NCBI RefSeq assembly: GCF_036365525.1
Contig: NC_090387.1
Coordinates: 19,994,173 to 20,058,172, forward strand
Length of the DNA stretch: 64,000 nt
Direction: 5' to 3'
Source of the DNA: Heterodontus francisci
Lineage: Eukaryota
The notes below the pieces were generated by a model, which ran no database searches, was not told the origin of the DNA, and saw only the letters and a list, made by a program, of their open reading frames with translations. How positions within the stretch are numbered: the stretch's first letter is position 1; each line of letters opens with the position of its first letter. Shown piece by piece: positions 46,491-59,179 of the stretch. A program made the translations under genes and the position numbers.

Positions 46491-48197
46491 ATAGGGAAGT
46501 GAATAATACTAATCACTGTGCGAGAAAGACAAATAATTAAAAGCCAGACCTATAGATGGAGAAACAGTACTCGCAAAAAAAAGGGACACTTGAAAAGACA
46601 GACATGAGAGAGGTTTACACAATTCAATATTCAGTAAGATGATCCAGGATGATGTAACAATGTCTACATTACAATGGCTATTCTAATTACAAGACATACT
46701 GTATTCTAACAGTTTATAAAATCACTTTTTTTCGTACTTTTAAATTATATGCTGCATTTTTTTCCTGAAAAAAACTGCAAAACAATTATATAATTGAAGC
46801 ATGCAACCGACCAGAGGAATTTTTAAGAATTGCTTTATAAAATCATTGAATTTTATAGCACAGAGTTTACAGCAGAATTTGACACTCTGAAAGATCTATT
46901 CACAATTTGACTGTTCTGCTGAGAGAAAGTGGGGGCTTGAAAGATTTTGAATAGTTGTCACAATTTGTGATTTGTAATTAGCAAAAGATAATTTTCACTT
47001 TCTAATGTTGCCTCTGCCAGTTAGATAGGTTGACTGGGTAAGCAATAAATATTTTTACTTCAAAGTTCATAGTAACTTGAAATTGTCAGTTTAATCTGTT
47101 GATGTTCACACTGATGTCTGCTCAGATCTAACTGCTAGCAAAGTCTGACCACCAGGTCCAAAACCTGAGCCACAAAGTCTGCCAGCTACAATGGAATTCC
47201 TGCGACTTCATTTTGTTATATCTTTTGCTCACAGCTACTTAGTGTGTCCTGAAACCCATTACAATGGTGCTTAAAAGATAAGGTACAAATAAAATGCATG
47301 ATGACCAATAGCAAGTTATAAATATCTCCACTTATGAGGTTGGCAAGAACTGACGACTTATCCGTTCTGTCTCGCACATGAAGATATTCATCATATCTCA
47401 CTGCCGCCCATGACATATCCTCTCTTTATGCTCTTTTACACGTTGTTTCCCCTTTCCTTGAATTTGAAGCAACACTTATTTTCAAACATAAAATTGTGAC
47501 ATCAAATTTCCATATTCCCTTTGTCTCAATTTTCTGATGGCAAAACATAATGTATGTAGAGGTCCACTCACTGAAAATAATGAAATGGTCATTGGTAGTT
47601 GATGATATCGAGAAGGAAAACCTACCAGTGCTTTAAAGAATAAACAGAGTCAGTAAAACAGAGAGCATGTTTTTCATTTTTAAAATGTTCTTTTTGGAAA
47701 AAAAGTAGATCTACCTGCGCATTCTATCTATGTCACTGCCAAAAGTCCATCCAGGTTATAAAAACGGGTACCAGAGAAAAGAAATTAGCTTGTAATTGTC
47801 TGTAAACAGATGTATGGACATTCATTATTAGATTGCTGGAAGTTCTTGACAGAGTGATGGAGGGCGTCACACTGAACAGGAAAAAAACATTTAACCATCA
47901 ATTTGTTCATTGCGTGCAGCCACAGTTAGGAGCTGCTTCCTTCAGGTTCTTAGTTGTTGAGCAACTACGCACAGTTACTAAATTAGAATGCTGTGAACAA
48001 CAGTGTCTGGCTATTTAAATTAAACCACTCGTTCCAACTGCTTTTCACATGGTGGGAAAGTGCAGAACAAAGGTTATTTTTTCCCGGTTTATTTTTTTCA
48101 CAAACTGTGAGTAGTGAAGTGCACCAAGTGAGGGTATAAATTCCAAGTTCCTCCTGGCTTCAAAACATAGCGATTTAAAGAGATGCAGAAAATTAAA

Positions 48198-48775
48198 CCC
48201 TGGTTAGACCCCACTTGGAGTACTGTGAGCAGTTCTGGGCACCACACCTTAGGAAGGATATATTGGCCTTGGAGGGAGTGCAATGTAGGTTTACAAGCAT
48301 GATACCTGGACTACAGGGGTTAAGTTACGAGGAGAGATTACACAAATTAGGCCTGTTTTCACTAGAATTTAGAAGGTTAAGGGGTGATCTGATTGAAGTC
48401 TTCAAGATATTAACAGGAAAAGACAGGCTAGATAAAGATAAACTATTTCCACTGGTTGGCGATTCAAAAACTAGGGGGCATAGTCTAAAAATTAGGAGCA
48501 GACCATTCAGGAGAGATGTGAGGAAGCATTTCTTCACACAAAGGGTGGTAGAGGTTTGGAACTCTCTCCCACAAACAGCAGTTGAAGCTAGAACAATTGT
48601 TAATTTTAAATCTGAGACAGATAGATTTTTGTTAAGCAAAGATATTAAGGGATATGGGCCAAAGGCAGGTATATGGAGTTAGGCTGCAATCAGCCATGAT
48701 CTCATTGAATGGCGGGACAGGCTTGAGGGGCTGAATGGCCTACTCCTGTTCCTATCTTCCTATGTTCCTATGTTC
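48198..48775 (+). mobile_element. CR1 family B 3' fragment
   Basis: ORF 48215-48682 (LEYCEQFWAPHLRKD..EFRRLRGDLIE); TTCCTATG tail repeat. Confidence 0.93.
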
Positions 48776-49129
48776 TTCCTAAAGACAATTATATTGAAGT
48801 ATATTGTAACATTATAATATAAATTTGTATGTATTTTATATGTGACTAACTATATCCTTGATTGTTATTTCTTCATTTCCAACTGTAGATTAACTCAAGA
48901 GTTAATCTGTCAGCAGGACTAAATGGGACACTTTGATTATCATTGCTTCACCCAGTGAAAACAAAACTGCTCCTCAAATAAGTACCATAAAAATTCAGAA
49001 GAGAATATCTAATCTTGCAGTTCAGATGACTCAATTTGATAAATGTTATCATTGAAATCTCTCGGATTATTTTCTTTTATTTCTTACTCTCACAATAATG
49101 TAACTCATTGTTGAATTCCCCAGTCGGCT

Positions 49130-49310
49130 GACTCGATGTCTCAACACGTAAATGCACCACATGGTATGGTACTGAGTCATACAGACCAGGAAAGGCCCAT
49201 GTTCACTTGAAGATCTGTGCTGAGATGTTTAATGATGTAGAAGTAGGGTTGCTTCAATTGGGCTAGAGTGGGGAATAAAAATCATCTGGTGTACCTGTTC
49301 TAACCCATCT
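49130..49310 (+). mobile_element. Old SINE-like repeat head
   Basis: GGTACTGAGTCATACAGACCAGGAAAGG..TCTGTGCTGAG; related to 10560-10885. Confidence 0.45.
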
Positions 49311-49504
49311 GCAGTCTCCGCAACTTCCATTTACTCTTTGTTTCCTTTAAATTTCTATCCAGCCAACTACATTTTCTCTTATATGCACCTAAATGTTTTT
49401 GACAAGCTTTGTGAGATACTATTGAATACCTTCTGAAAATCCATAAACATTACATCCACTACATTCCCTTTATCAGTCCAATTCCTTAAAAAACTGTTAC
49501 TAAC

Positions 49505-49931
49505 TGTTACAACCAGGTGAGAAAGGTGTCTAGGGGTCTTTTACTCTTCACCTGGTCTTATTGTAACAGGGTTTAATTTTTAAACACACAGTGTTTTGAG
49601 CTTCCCCTTTGTGAATCCTTCTTCACAGATTTCCAGTTATAAGGCAAAGAAATGAGCACACCAGGTTTTTCTTAGGTTTAAAGAAGAAAAGTGAAATTTA
49701 TTAAACCTTAAACTTAAACTGTAACACGGTTAATGTCTATGGATGTATGACGCATCTACATGCGATACACACAATCAAATAGGGACAGAAAAGAGCAGAA
49801 GAAAAATAAAATGGAAAGGTTTCAGGCAATTTCTGAAGAGGGGTTTTTACTGTGCTTAGAGCTCGCTGCAGGGTCCTTGATTGTAGGTAGCCTTGCTTTT
49901 CGTTGGGGCCCAGTATTCTTCTTAAACCTTG
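49505..49931 (-). mobile_element. Truncated copy of the TGTTAC LTR family
   Basis: TGTTACAACCAGGTGAGAAAGG..GTTGGGGCCCAGTATTCTTCTTAAACCTTG is collinear with the 19509 LTR. Confidence 0.88.
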
Positions 49932-52224
49932 ACCTCCAACAACCACATCCGTCTTCCTTTGCACGAGGAAAGCACATTTGAAGTACGTTTTCCCATATGT
50001 TGTGAGTGTATATGTAAGGGGGTTCTCTACAACAATTAATGCATATGGCTAAAGTAATGTATTTGGAGCTATACCTGTGGTTAGTCAGCAATTTCTCTTG
50101 GATAACACAGAGATAGTGGCAGACCAGCAAGGGAGCAACTTAAAGTTAAGGCTCCTACATTTCAGGACTAAGGCCAGATTGACCAATGACCCAATGGAGT
50201 AGCAAGAATGTGAAGGCAAAGAGAAACAGGTGGGCGGAATTCTGCCCTGCCACGGATCCAGGCTATCTGGAATTTCTATCCCAATATTTTAAAAATAGGG
50301 TTGAATCTTGATTATCCGTTATGACAGGGGGAACCCTACTGGTGGATAATCCAAAATGACTGATAATTGAGTTGCAACTCAGTACAAATAAATATATTTG
50401 ACCCCAAATTCCCAGCTCAACATTAAGTGGTAAGACCGGCAGTTAAAGAAACTCAGCAAACAGTGAAATCTGATCCGAGCTGTATCCTTGACCTGACCTG
50501 ATCCAAAGGAATTGGTGTGGGGTGCTTTATCCTGAGAAGATTTCGTGGAAAACGCACAACCTAAACCAAGCTGACCCAAATTCCTGACCATGACTTGCAT
50601 CTGGGAATATCCTTGAAGAGTGTGTGTGATCTGACCAAAATTGCAGCCCAGCAGTTGATAGATGCAATCTGAACAGAAGCCCTGACCTTCCGTTGGTCCA
50701 GTTCATTGAAAAATTGGAACTTGGATAATAAGAGGGCAGATAATCAGGGCTCAATAACAAAAGATGGTAATTTCTTGCTTTTGCTTTAGCGTTACCTTTT
50801 ACCTTAATAAATCATTCTTGAAGCAGTACTAACAAATAGTACATTAAAACATAAAAAGCTAACAAGCGTGCTACAAGATGCAGATAGCTGTCACAAAACT
50901 GGCCCATGAGGTAACTGAGCACCGTGAAGGTGATTACAGGGGATCACAGGGTCGCACATCACATGACAGGGAGGCAGCAGCAATGAATACCCAGAGAAAT
51001 CCTAGCTGTTAGGAGAGTCTCATCAAGAACAAAATGGGAAAACATAGGTTTCAGGAATTCACCCAGAGCAGCTAGTGAGACTCACACAGCGAGCAGAATC
51101 AAAAGCCAAAGTACTTGGCAGAGGTGTCCAATAGGTTTTAAGCCTGCTTCTCTTCCTCTTGATCCTGTGTGTGACTTCCTTTAGAGCCCTGTCTCTCTTG
51201 CTCAGAGCTGGGCAGCAAAATGATTTGGTTAAGATCAGTTTTGGAGCTATTATGAGCCTTGGCAAAAACAGGCTGGTCTTTTTTCCAGAGCATGTGTTTT
51301 AGCTGGACTCAACAGTATTGCCAAGGGAGGGCATACAGAAGTGAAAAACAGTTGTGAAAAGTTTCCCGAAGAAGGTGAAGACTTCTTCATAACATGCGGC
51401 TTACTAGCAGTAGAGTTCACAGAAAATATCAAAACGTACAGGGAAAATTATTCAGTTGGTAGGTCAGCTATTATGATCAAAGGTACATACATAATCGTAA
51501 TAGCACAGCCTGCTTCTGGAGATAGAATCTCATAATTAATGAGAGAAGCTCCTCATATAGTTTGATTAAAATCAACCTATTAAATGCCAGTCCATCACTG
51601 ATTATCAGTAGAGTTCTCAATGTGCTTATTTTCCTTAAAGAACTGACGTGAAACACTTCCTATGTAAAATCTGGAACTCTAACTCTTGCTGGACGGAGAG
51701 CTAATGTAGTTCAGCAAACACAGAGATTATGAATTATATCTGGAGCCAGAGCCCAATCTCGATGGAACAGCTTCACACCACTTCTGTTTGACATTCAGAG
51801 TGTAAATTCAGTCTGGTGTCAAACCAGCTGCCTGGGCATGGGAGGGGTCTTGGAACTCCTGAATACATTTTACATTTGCCTTCAATTAATTTCAGTCTTT
51901 ATACAATGTTTGCATGTCTCTAAGCACATGCACAGAATAATCTCTGAACAGCAGAATTCAGGTTTCAGCACATGGTGTGTAGACCAGATGCTGCCTGGCT
52001 GAGACTTGTTCTACAATTGCCCATATTAGACAAGCTGCTGCTCCTCAAGATATCTAGGTTAAAACTCAGGAATGTTAATACTGCAGCATGTAATAGTGAT
52101 GGGGGTTCCCCTGTTCATTATGTGTAGTGAAAACCTGCCATCAATGCAAAGAGCAGGTTTGCTATTTCAACTCAATCAACAAATATAGGAATCTTCCCCT
52201 CAGTGATTCTTTTATGAAAGAAAG

Positions 52225-52790
52225 ATGTAATTTACATTTCTGTAGCACTAAATTACAACCCAAAGCACTCTTGAAATACAATCACTGTCTCTTCATAAAT
52301 AACTGCGGCAGTGAATTTGCACATGAAGTGAACACCCAGTTAATTTATTCTGGAAGTCACTTCCTATATCCCATTGCCTCTCCATCTCCATCTCCTTCTT
52401 TAACACAATTCTGACTAAATTTTTGGTCACCTTCCTAATAGTCTTGGCATACACCTTTTTCTGATTATGCCTCTGTGAGGCACTTTGGAATATTCTGCTA
52501 CATTAAAGGTGCTATATAAATGCACACTGTTATTGTTTTTGGTGGCACTGTTTGACACTGGCCAAGAAATTACTCCTCTTTAAATCTTTTACGTTTACTT
52601 TAACTGGGAGCAAAGCCTTGCATTTCATCTGTCTCAGACAGAAGGACAACACATCCAACAATAAACTGTTCCCTTAAATGCTGTAATGTGGGGGGAATCT
52701 CAACCCAGATTACGTGCTGAAGCCCATAGTGGGACAGAAACACAAAACCTTGTGACTCAGACATGACACTTTGACATAAACATGTTTTAT
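52225..52790. mobile_element. Cluster of old Deu-SINE and L2 tail fragments
   Basis: L2-type tail TAAAGGTGCTATATAAATGCA (~52505, +) flanked by decayed minus-strand SINE pieces. Confidence 0.5.
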
Positions 52791-53109
52791 AGATGGACAG
52801 AAGGAAGAACAAGGAACCACTAACCATATAACATAAATTTCCAGTTCCATTGGAGGAAGAGAGTTAACAAAATTCCAAAAATTCCAAAGCTCTCAATGCA
52901 CCTTCTTTTATTTTTTTTTTGCCAGTAGGGGGTGTCATTGTTTCGGTAAAAAGGTTCAATCTGACATCTTTTCAAAAGTTCATTTTTAATTGAGAATTGC
53001 TGCACATCTGGTCTAAGCTAAAGGTTTAATATGAAATAGAAAGCAGAGATAAGACCATTTCCAAATGAAGTTCTATTTAATGAAGCACACATTCATTTTT
53101 AAACAGTAA

Positions 53110-54458
53110 AAAGATTTTATAGCAGAGCACTTAGAGAACAGTGGTAGAGTCGGGCAGAGTCAGCATGGATTTACGAAAGGGAAATCATGCTTGACAAATC
53201 GACTAGAATTCTTCGAGGATGTAACTAGTAGAGTTGATGAGGGGGAGCCAGTGGATGTGGTTTATTTGGACTTCCAGAAGGCTTTCGACAAAGTCCCACA
53301 TAAGACATTAGCATGTAAAATTAAAGCGCATGGGATTGGGGGTAGTGTATTGCAATGGATAGAAAATGGGTTGGCGGACAGGAAACAAAGAGTAGGGATA
53401 AATGGGTCTTTTTCCGAATGGCAGGCAGTGACTAGTGGGCTACTGCAGGGATCGGTGCTAGGACCCCAGCTATTCACAATATCCATTAATGATTTAGATG
53501 AGGGAACTAAATGTAATATCTCCAAATTTGCAGATGACACAAAACTGGGTGGGAGGGTGCTTTGTGAGGAGGATGCAGAGAGGCTTCAGGGTGATTTGGA
53601 CAAGTTGAGTGAGTGGGCTAATGCATGGCAGATACAGTATAATGTGGATAAATGTGAGGTTATCCACTTTGGTAGCAAAAACAGGAAGGCTGATTATTAT
53701 CTGAAAGGCTACAAACTGAGAGAGGGGAATATGCAGCGAGATCTGGGTGTTTTCGTACACCAGTCGCTGAATGTAAGCATGCAGGTGCAACAGGCGGTAA
53801 AAAAGGCAAATGGTATGTTGGCCTTTATAGCGAGAGGATTCGAGTACAGGAGCAGGGATGTCTTGCTGCAATTATACAGGGCCTTGGTGAGGCCACACCT
53901 GGAATATTGTGTGCAGTTTTGGTCTCCTTATCTGAGGAAGGATGTTCTTGCTATAGAGGGAGTGCAGCAAAGGTTTACCAGACTGATTCCTGGGATGGCG
54001 GGACTGACGTATGAGGAGAGATTGAGTCGGTTAGGATTATATTCGCTGGAGTTCAGTAGATTGAGGGGGGATCTCATAGAAACCTATTAAATTCTAACAG
54101 GACTTGACAGGGTAGATGCAAGAAGGACGTTCCTGATGGTGGGAGTGTCCAGAACCAGGGGTCATAGTCTAAGGATATGGGGTAAACCTTTCAGGACTGA
54201 GATGAGGAGAAATTTCTTCACCCAGAGAGTGGTGAGCCTGTGGAATTCGTTACCACAGAAAGCAGTTGAGGCCAAAACATTGTATGTTTTCAAAAAGGAG
54301 TTATATATGGCTCTTGGGTCTAAAGGGATCAAAGGGTATGGGGCGAAAGCCGAAACAGGCTACTGAGTTGGATGATCAGCCATGATCATACTGAATGGCG
54401 GAGCAGGCTCGAAGAGCCGAATGGCCTACTCCTGATCCTATTTTCTATGTTTCTATGT
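53110..54458 (+). mobile_element. CR1 family B, 5'-truncated, relatively young
   Basis: 299-aa ORF with YLDFQKAFDKVPH and FADDTKLGG; TTTCTATG tail repeat. Confidence 0.95.
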
Positions 54459-54534
54459 TTAAAAAGAAGCACTGAAAGCATTTCTAGACTTACTATATTC
54501 AATATATCTTTTTATTCATTGTTACAGTGGGGAA

Positions 54535-54872
54535 ATAATTATTTTTCTCTTTCATGGCCCCAAAATGTTCCAACGTGCTTTACAGCCAATTAATTACCTT
54601 TGAAATGTAGTCACAGTTGTAATGTAGGAAATGCAACAGCCAATTTGTGCATAGTAGAAGTCCCACAAACAGCAAAAGATAACGGCCAGATAATCATTTT
54701 TTGTTAGTGTCATTAGTAAAGGGTTAAATCAGAGAACTCACCTACTTTTCTTTGAAACAATGCCATGGAATCTTTAACATCCACCTGAGGGGGTCTCAGT
54801 TTAACATCTTATTTGAGAGACAGCAGCACCTACAATGCAACATTCTCTCAATAATGCACTGAATTGTCAGCA
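54535..54872 (-). mobile_element. Deu-domain SINE
   Basis: GCTTTACAGCCAATTAATTACCTTTGAAATGTAGTCAC..GCCAATTTGTGCA..CCCACAAACAGC..GCCATGGAATCTTT. Confidence 0.8.
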
Positions 54873-54878
54873 TAAATT

Positions 54879-55380
54879 GGGCTCGATTTTGTGCTGGAGG
54901 CGGGGCTCCCAGCACCAGGCTGAAAAGGTGCAGGGAACACTACCCCTGCCTATTCGTGCCCATGCAGAGTGATTCTTCGGTCTTTTTGAATCAAAGTTTT
55001 AGGAACTGGGATTCCTGTCCCTTTAAAGACTGGCCAATCAGAGGGCCTGCAGCTCAGCAGGTTCGACAGTGCCACTGGGAGCAGTGGCCACTGCTGGTAC
55101 TGCAGAAGCCTCAGACCCAGGTCCAGCGCTGGAACCCCGGAATAGAGGTCGGTGAGGTGGGGTCGCCGGGGCCAGTCCGGAATGCGCAAGCAAGGTGGGG
55201 GGTGGTGGTAGTGGTGGGGTGGTGGTAGTGGTGGAGTGGTGGTCATTCAGTCCAAGGTGAGAGGTTCCTGGGGGTTAAAGTTGTTTCCAGGGGTCCTCCA
55301 TGGGCCACAAACTGTCCATGGAGGAGAGACCCCCTCCCCCCCAAGCCCACAGGGAGGGTGCCTTGTTTTACAAGGTGGCC
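54879..55380. mobile_element. Harbinger-type MITE, truncated on the right
   Basis: Starts GGGCTCGATTTT; interior (GCCAATCAGAGG..GTGGCCACTGCTGGTACTGCAG) matches the 13472 element. Confidence 0.7.
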
Positions 55381-55384
55381 TCCC

Positions 55385-55946
55385 TGTGCAACTGCAGAAG
55401 GCTTCACATTGGTCTTCCATCAGGTGTGCAGCAACAAAGGCATCGGTTCTCACACATTCGATGCAAAGTCCTTTTTCAAGAAGCAAGGTTTCTGCAAACA
55501 TTCTGGATATCTTCAAAATACAGGAGGCATGAGAACAACTTTATACAGGCTTTTGCTTTTCAGGAGCAGGGATTCTTCAAAGAGAGGTAACAGAGTCCTG
55601 GATGTTCTTCTGATCGCCAATAACTCCCTTTTTGTCCAAAAAAGAAGCTGGCTTTTAACAGTTCAAAGTGAAACCAAAACAGTTCTCAGGTTCAGTCCCA
55701 TAATAATCATAAATTCAGTCATGTCACAACTCAAAATAGCTCTTAAGTCAAACCCCCTGTGGTGTTTACTTGAAATCACACATTTTCCAGCACTTGTTTA
55801 TTGGTCAACCCTTTTCCACCTTCCTTTTAAAAAAAACACCCAAAGTTCAGCAATCTCCAGATGATTCAATGTCCATGAAATCCTTTTAAGTTATTAAAAA
55901 TATAGATTCCCAAGTTTTAACACAAAAAATGGAAACTCTCATAACA
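55385..55946 (-). mobile_element. LTR fragment related to the 8729 solo LTR
   Basis: Ends CTCTCATAACA, the reverse of TGTTATGAGAG. Confidence 0.55.
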
Positions 55947-56059
55947 GCATTCATATTGTGTGTTAATTACTATAGAACAGCTGAAGTGAACAGTCCACAG
56001 TCTGATGAGCCAATCATAGACAGCCGGCTATAAAGCGTCTGTTGGTTGTGTTTTCCCTT

Positions 56060-56206
56060 TCTCTTCCTCCTCCTCAGCCCTCATGATGGAGAGGTTGTGC
56101 AGCATGTGGCAGACTATGACAAATCTTGATATGCCATCTGTCGAGTACTGCAGGTCTCTTCCAGAGTGGCCCAGGCAGTTGAAGCTTTGTTTAAGCACCT
56201 CAATAC
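56060..56206 (-). pseudogene. Harbinger transposase C-terminal fragment
   Basis: Minus strand reads IEVLKQSFNCLGHSGRDLQYSTDGISRFVIVCHMLHNL. Confidence 0.75.
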
Positions 56207-56979
56207 TCTTCTATTCCACAGTTATAAAGTGATGAGAGTGAAGCATGGATCACTGTGATTCCTGATACTGTGACATCAAAAAAATGAAATCCACTCTGAT
56301 CACCTGACACAGAAGAGTGTTTCAGAGGTCTTGTTGCCAGCAGGTTCTCATGTAGCTGCACAAAGCATCTATCAACAGGAACTGAAATGATAGGCATCAT
56401 CTTCAATATCATCAGTATTGTAAAGCAGTAACTCATTTTCTCTCATCACTTCATAACTGTAGAACTTCTTCCTTTTCTCTGAAAAGTTAAAAACTTTTAA
56501 AATCCTTATTCCCTCTTTCATCTTCTTTCCTTCAGCCTCAATGCTGTCCTACGCCATAGGCCTTAACTTTACATTACGTGCCATTCAGTTAGCCATTGAT
56601 CACTTTCAAACTCACCTTCAGTTGTTTTTACACCATCTGTACAGTGTATGTGCCACCCACTGTTGTTTTCTAATATGCAGTACCTCACATTTATATCCGT
56701 AATAAATTTTACTTGTTCATGTCTTATTCATTAATGGATTTTATAGCTTCTTCCTCAACCTGATTCATCTCCTTACTTTGACATTATTGGCAAACCTGGT
56801 CATTTTTCATTAAGTTTCTGAGTCTAAAATGTTGATTAGTATTAGAAGTAGTGGGTAGTGGGGCTGCAGGGTGGTGGGGGGCCGGGGGGGCCGGGGGGGC
56901 CGGGGTGTGGGGGGAGGGGAGGTGGGCGATGGGGGGGTTTGGAGGTTGGCATTCCACATTTTAATAATTCCCCCCATTC

Positions 56980-57310
56980 CAAGATCTGATAGAGGTTTTC
57001 AGATTTATGAAGGGTTTTGAAAAGTTAGGGGTAAAAACTATTTCCACTTGGTGAGTTGGTATCTAGGTAACATAAATTTAAGATCATTCCTAAAAGAATA
57101 AAGGCAGGAGGTAGGGCACAGAGGGTAATTAGGACACAATAGTGCCTTACCAGTAACAATGATAGATGCAGAATCCATAATGGCTTTTAAATGGGAAGTG
57201 GATAAATATTTGAAAGAGAGAAATGTCAAAGAGTGTAAAAAAAGGGTAGGGGGAAAGTGGATATCACTTTCAGACAGCCTGCGGGCTCCTGCTATTCCGT
57301 AAAATTTTGT
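56980..57310 (+). mobile_element. Old CR1 3' fragment
   Basis: GATCTGATAGAGGTTTTCAGATTTATGAAGGGTTTTGA..CTATTTCCACTTG. Confidence 0.7.
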
Positions 57311-57949
57311 AGTCCTGATTTTAACTTAGGGCTGGGATCATGGGAGCAGAGGGAGAATTTGGATGATACCACTTGAAAGGGGGTAGAAGAGATTCAGTAG
57401 TAGTTGCATAAAATTTTCCAGTGACCACAAAATACCTTTGTGCATAGTGTATTTTTCTCAACACATAAGCAGTTTTCCACATACATTTATCTGTGATCTA
57501 CCCTCAAATTTGTATTTACCTTTTGTAGTATGTCATCATAATTGTTGAAAAGATGAAGATTGAAGCTAACAGAGACAATTTTAGGCATTTTAAAGAGATT
57601 ACGAGCAAGGGTCAAACTGTAACATTTACATTGTCCAGACTCAGTACCAGTGAGTTATAATGTGGTAAACTGACACATTTAACAGAATAAAGAAAGGATT
57701 AGCATTTGTAGAAGTGATAACAGAGGGCATTAACTAGGCATTGAGTTGCTCATTTTGTGTAGAGATGGCAAAATAACTTATTACGCAAACCAGAGTTGGA
57801 TTCCACAGAAATGAATAGAGTAAATTCAGGATTTTAATAATTTGCACACTTAAAAATATTTACATTAGTAGCGCAGACTGCATAAAACTGTAGAAGCATT
57901 GGTAAATCTAGCCGAAACCCTTAGCAAAGAGACTACAATTGTCCTTAGT

Positions 57950-58115
57950 GCCCCAGATTTTGGGAAGGAAAAAGTCCATCAGGTATTTACTATTCCGATC
58001 CACTATCCAGGGATCCCTTGCTGCAAAGTGTGCATGCATGGATATTGGAGGAAGACAGGATCAGGTTTAGTTGCAATACTCCTCCAGTCAAAAACTTGCC
58101 AACGCTCTCTGTCCT
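57950..58115 (+). mobile_element. Old SINE-like repeat body
   Basis: Similar to the reverse complement of ~10640-10800. Confidence 0.45.
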
Positions 58116-59179
58116 TTGGAAAGAGGAGTTGGTAGTTTAGGGAATTCACCAGGCCAGCCAAGGAATGACTAATCCTGAAGTGACTGTCCAAAATATGCAT
58201 GGTACAAACTATTTCCTCCCTATCACACTGTTATATATTCCTTTGAATATTTACCATGCATGAGCATTCTGCAGCAGGATACACATTGCTCCTCTGCTTC
58301 TTCCTGTAAATAACATAAATAAAGACGTATTCCAATTGGAACATTCAATTTTAATAGCATCAGATAAAAATGGCAGACCATTGACTCAAACTCTTAGAAG
58401 CTAAGAAGCATCTGCAAAAACAAAATGACAGTATTTTCTTATATTGCAGCCTACAAAAAGTGTAATCCTATTTGGTCTGTTTCCCCTTCAATCTGCAATG
58501 TTTACAAGACGGAACCTTGCAATACTGAATGATTGTTTCATAGGGATCAATGGTGAACTCATTCCTCCTGCAAAAACTAAGGCATATGCCTTGTTAAAAG
58601 TAATTTGGCATGACATTAATATATCAGATTGGTCCAGAATTTCCTGGAGGCTTGCAAAATTGGAACGGCGCATCAACTTCGCGGGGCTTGATTTATGATG
58701 CACAAGTCCCAGGAAATTAGGAAGCAACTTAATGTCATTACTTATCTGAGGTCATAATTTCCTTGGACTTTTGTACCACTCCCCCATTACCATCACCAAC
58801 AGAATACTTAAGTTAATTATCATAGTGCCAGCTCCATTAAAATCAACAACTTTCATGCAGTTGCTAGCTGGCCTGACAATATTGGCACAGGTGACCAGGC
58901 AGCACTGTGATTTACTGCTCTAAGATCAGTTTTAAAACCTTTAAACATGGTTTCTAGTTGGATATAACACGTTTGTTTAGCTCCCAATAACTTTCAGAGA
59001 GTCTGTTTTATTTCAAAGCATCCATTCAACACAGGTATTATGTATTTCTATAATGAAACCATTCGCCATCTAAAATTTAAATAACCAGTCAAAGCAGATT
59101 ATCAAGCACTGACTCATTTTACAACAACCAGGTCATTTAATGCTTCACACAAATATTTAGTTTTCGATCAAAGCAACCA

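Noticed and set aside
56375-56480. Candidate minus-strand terminal exon (KRKKFYSYEVMRENELLLYNTDD..)
   Set aside because: It is embedded among TE debris and could be a very decayed RT region resembling RELLYADD; it cannot be supported either way.
58444-58698. 84-aa ORF preceded by a strong acceptor TTTTCTTATATTGCAG
   Set aside because: No recognisable homology; its 3' half runs into an inverted-repeat element.
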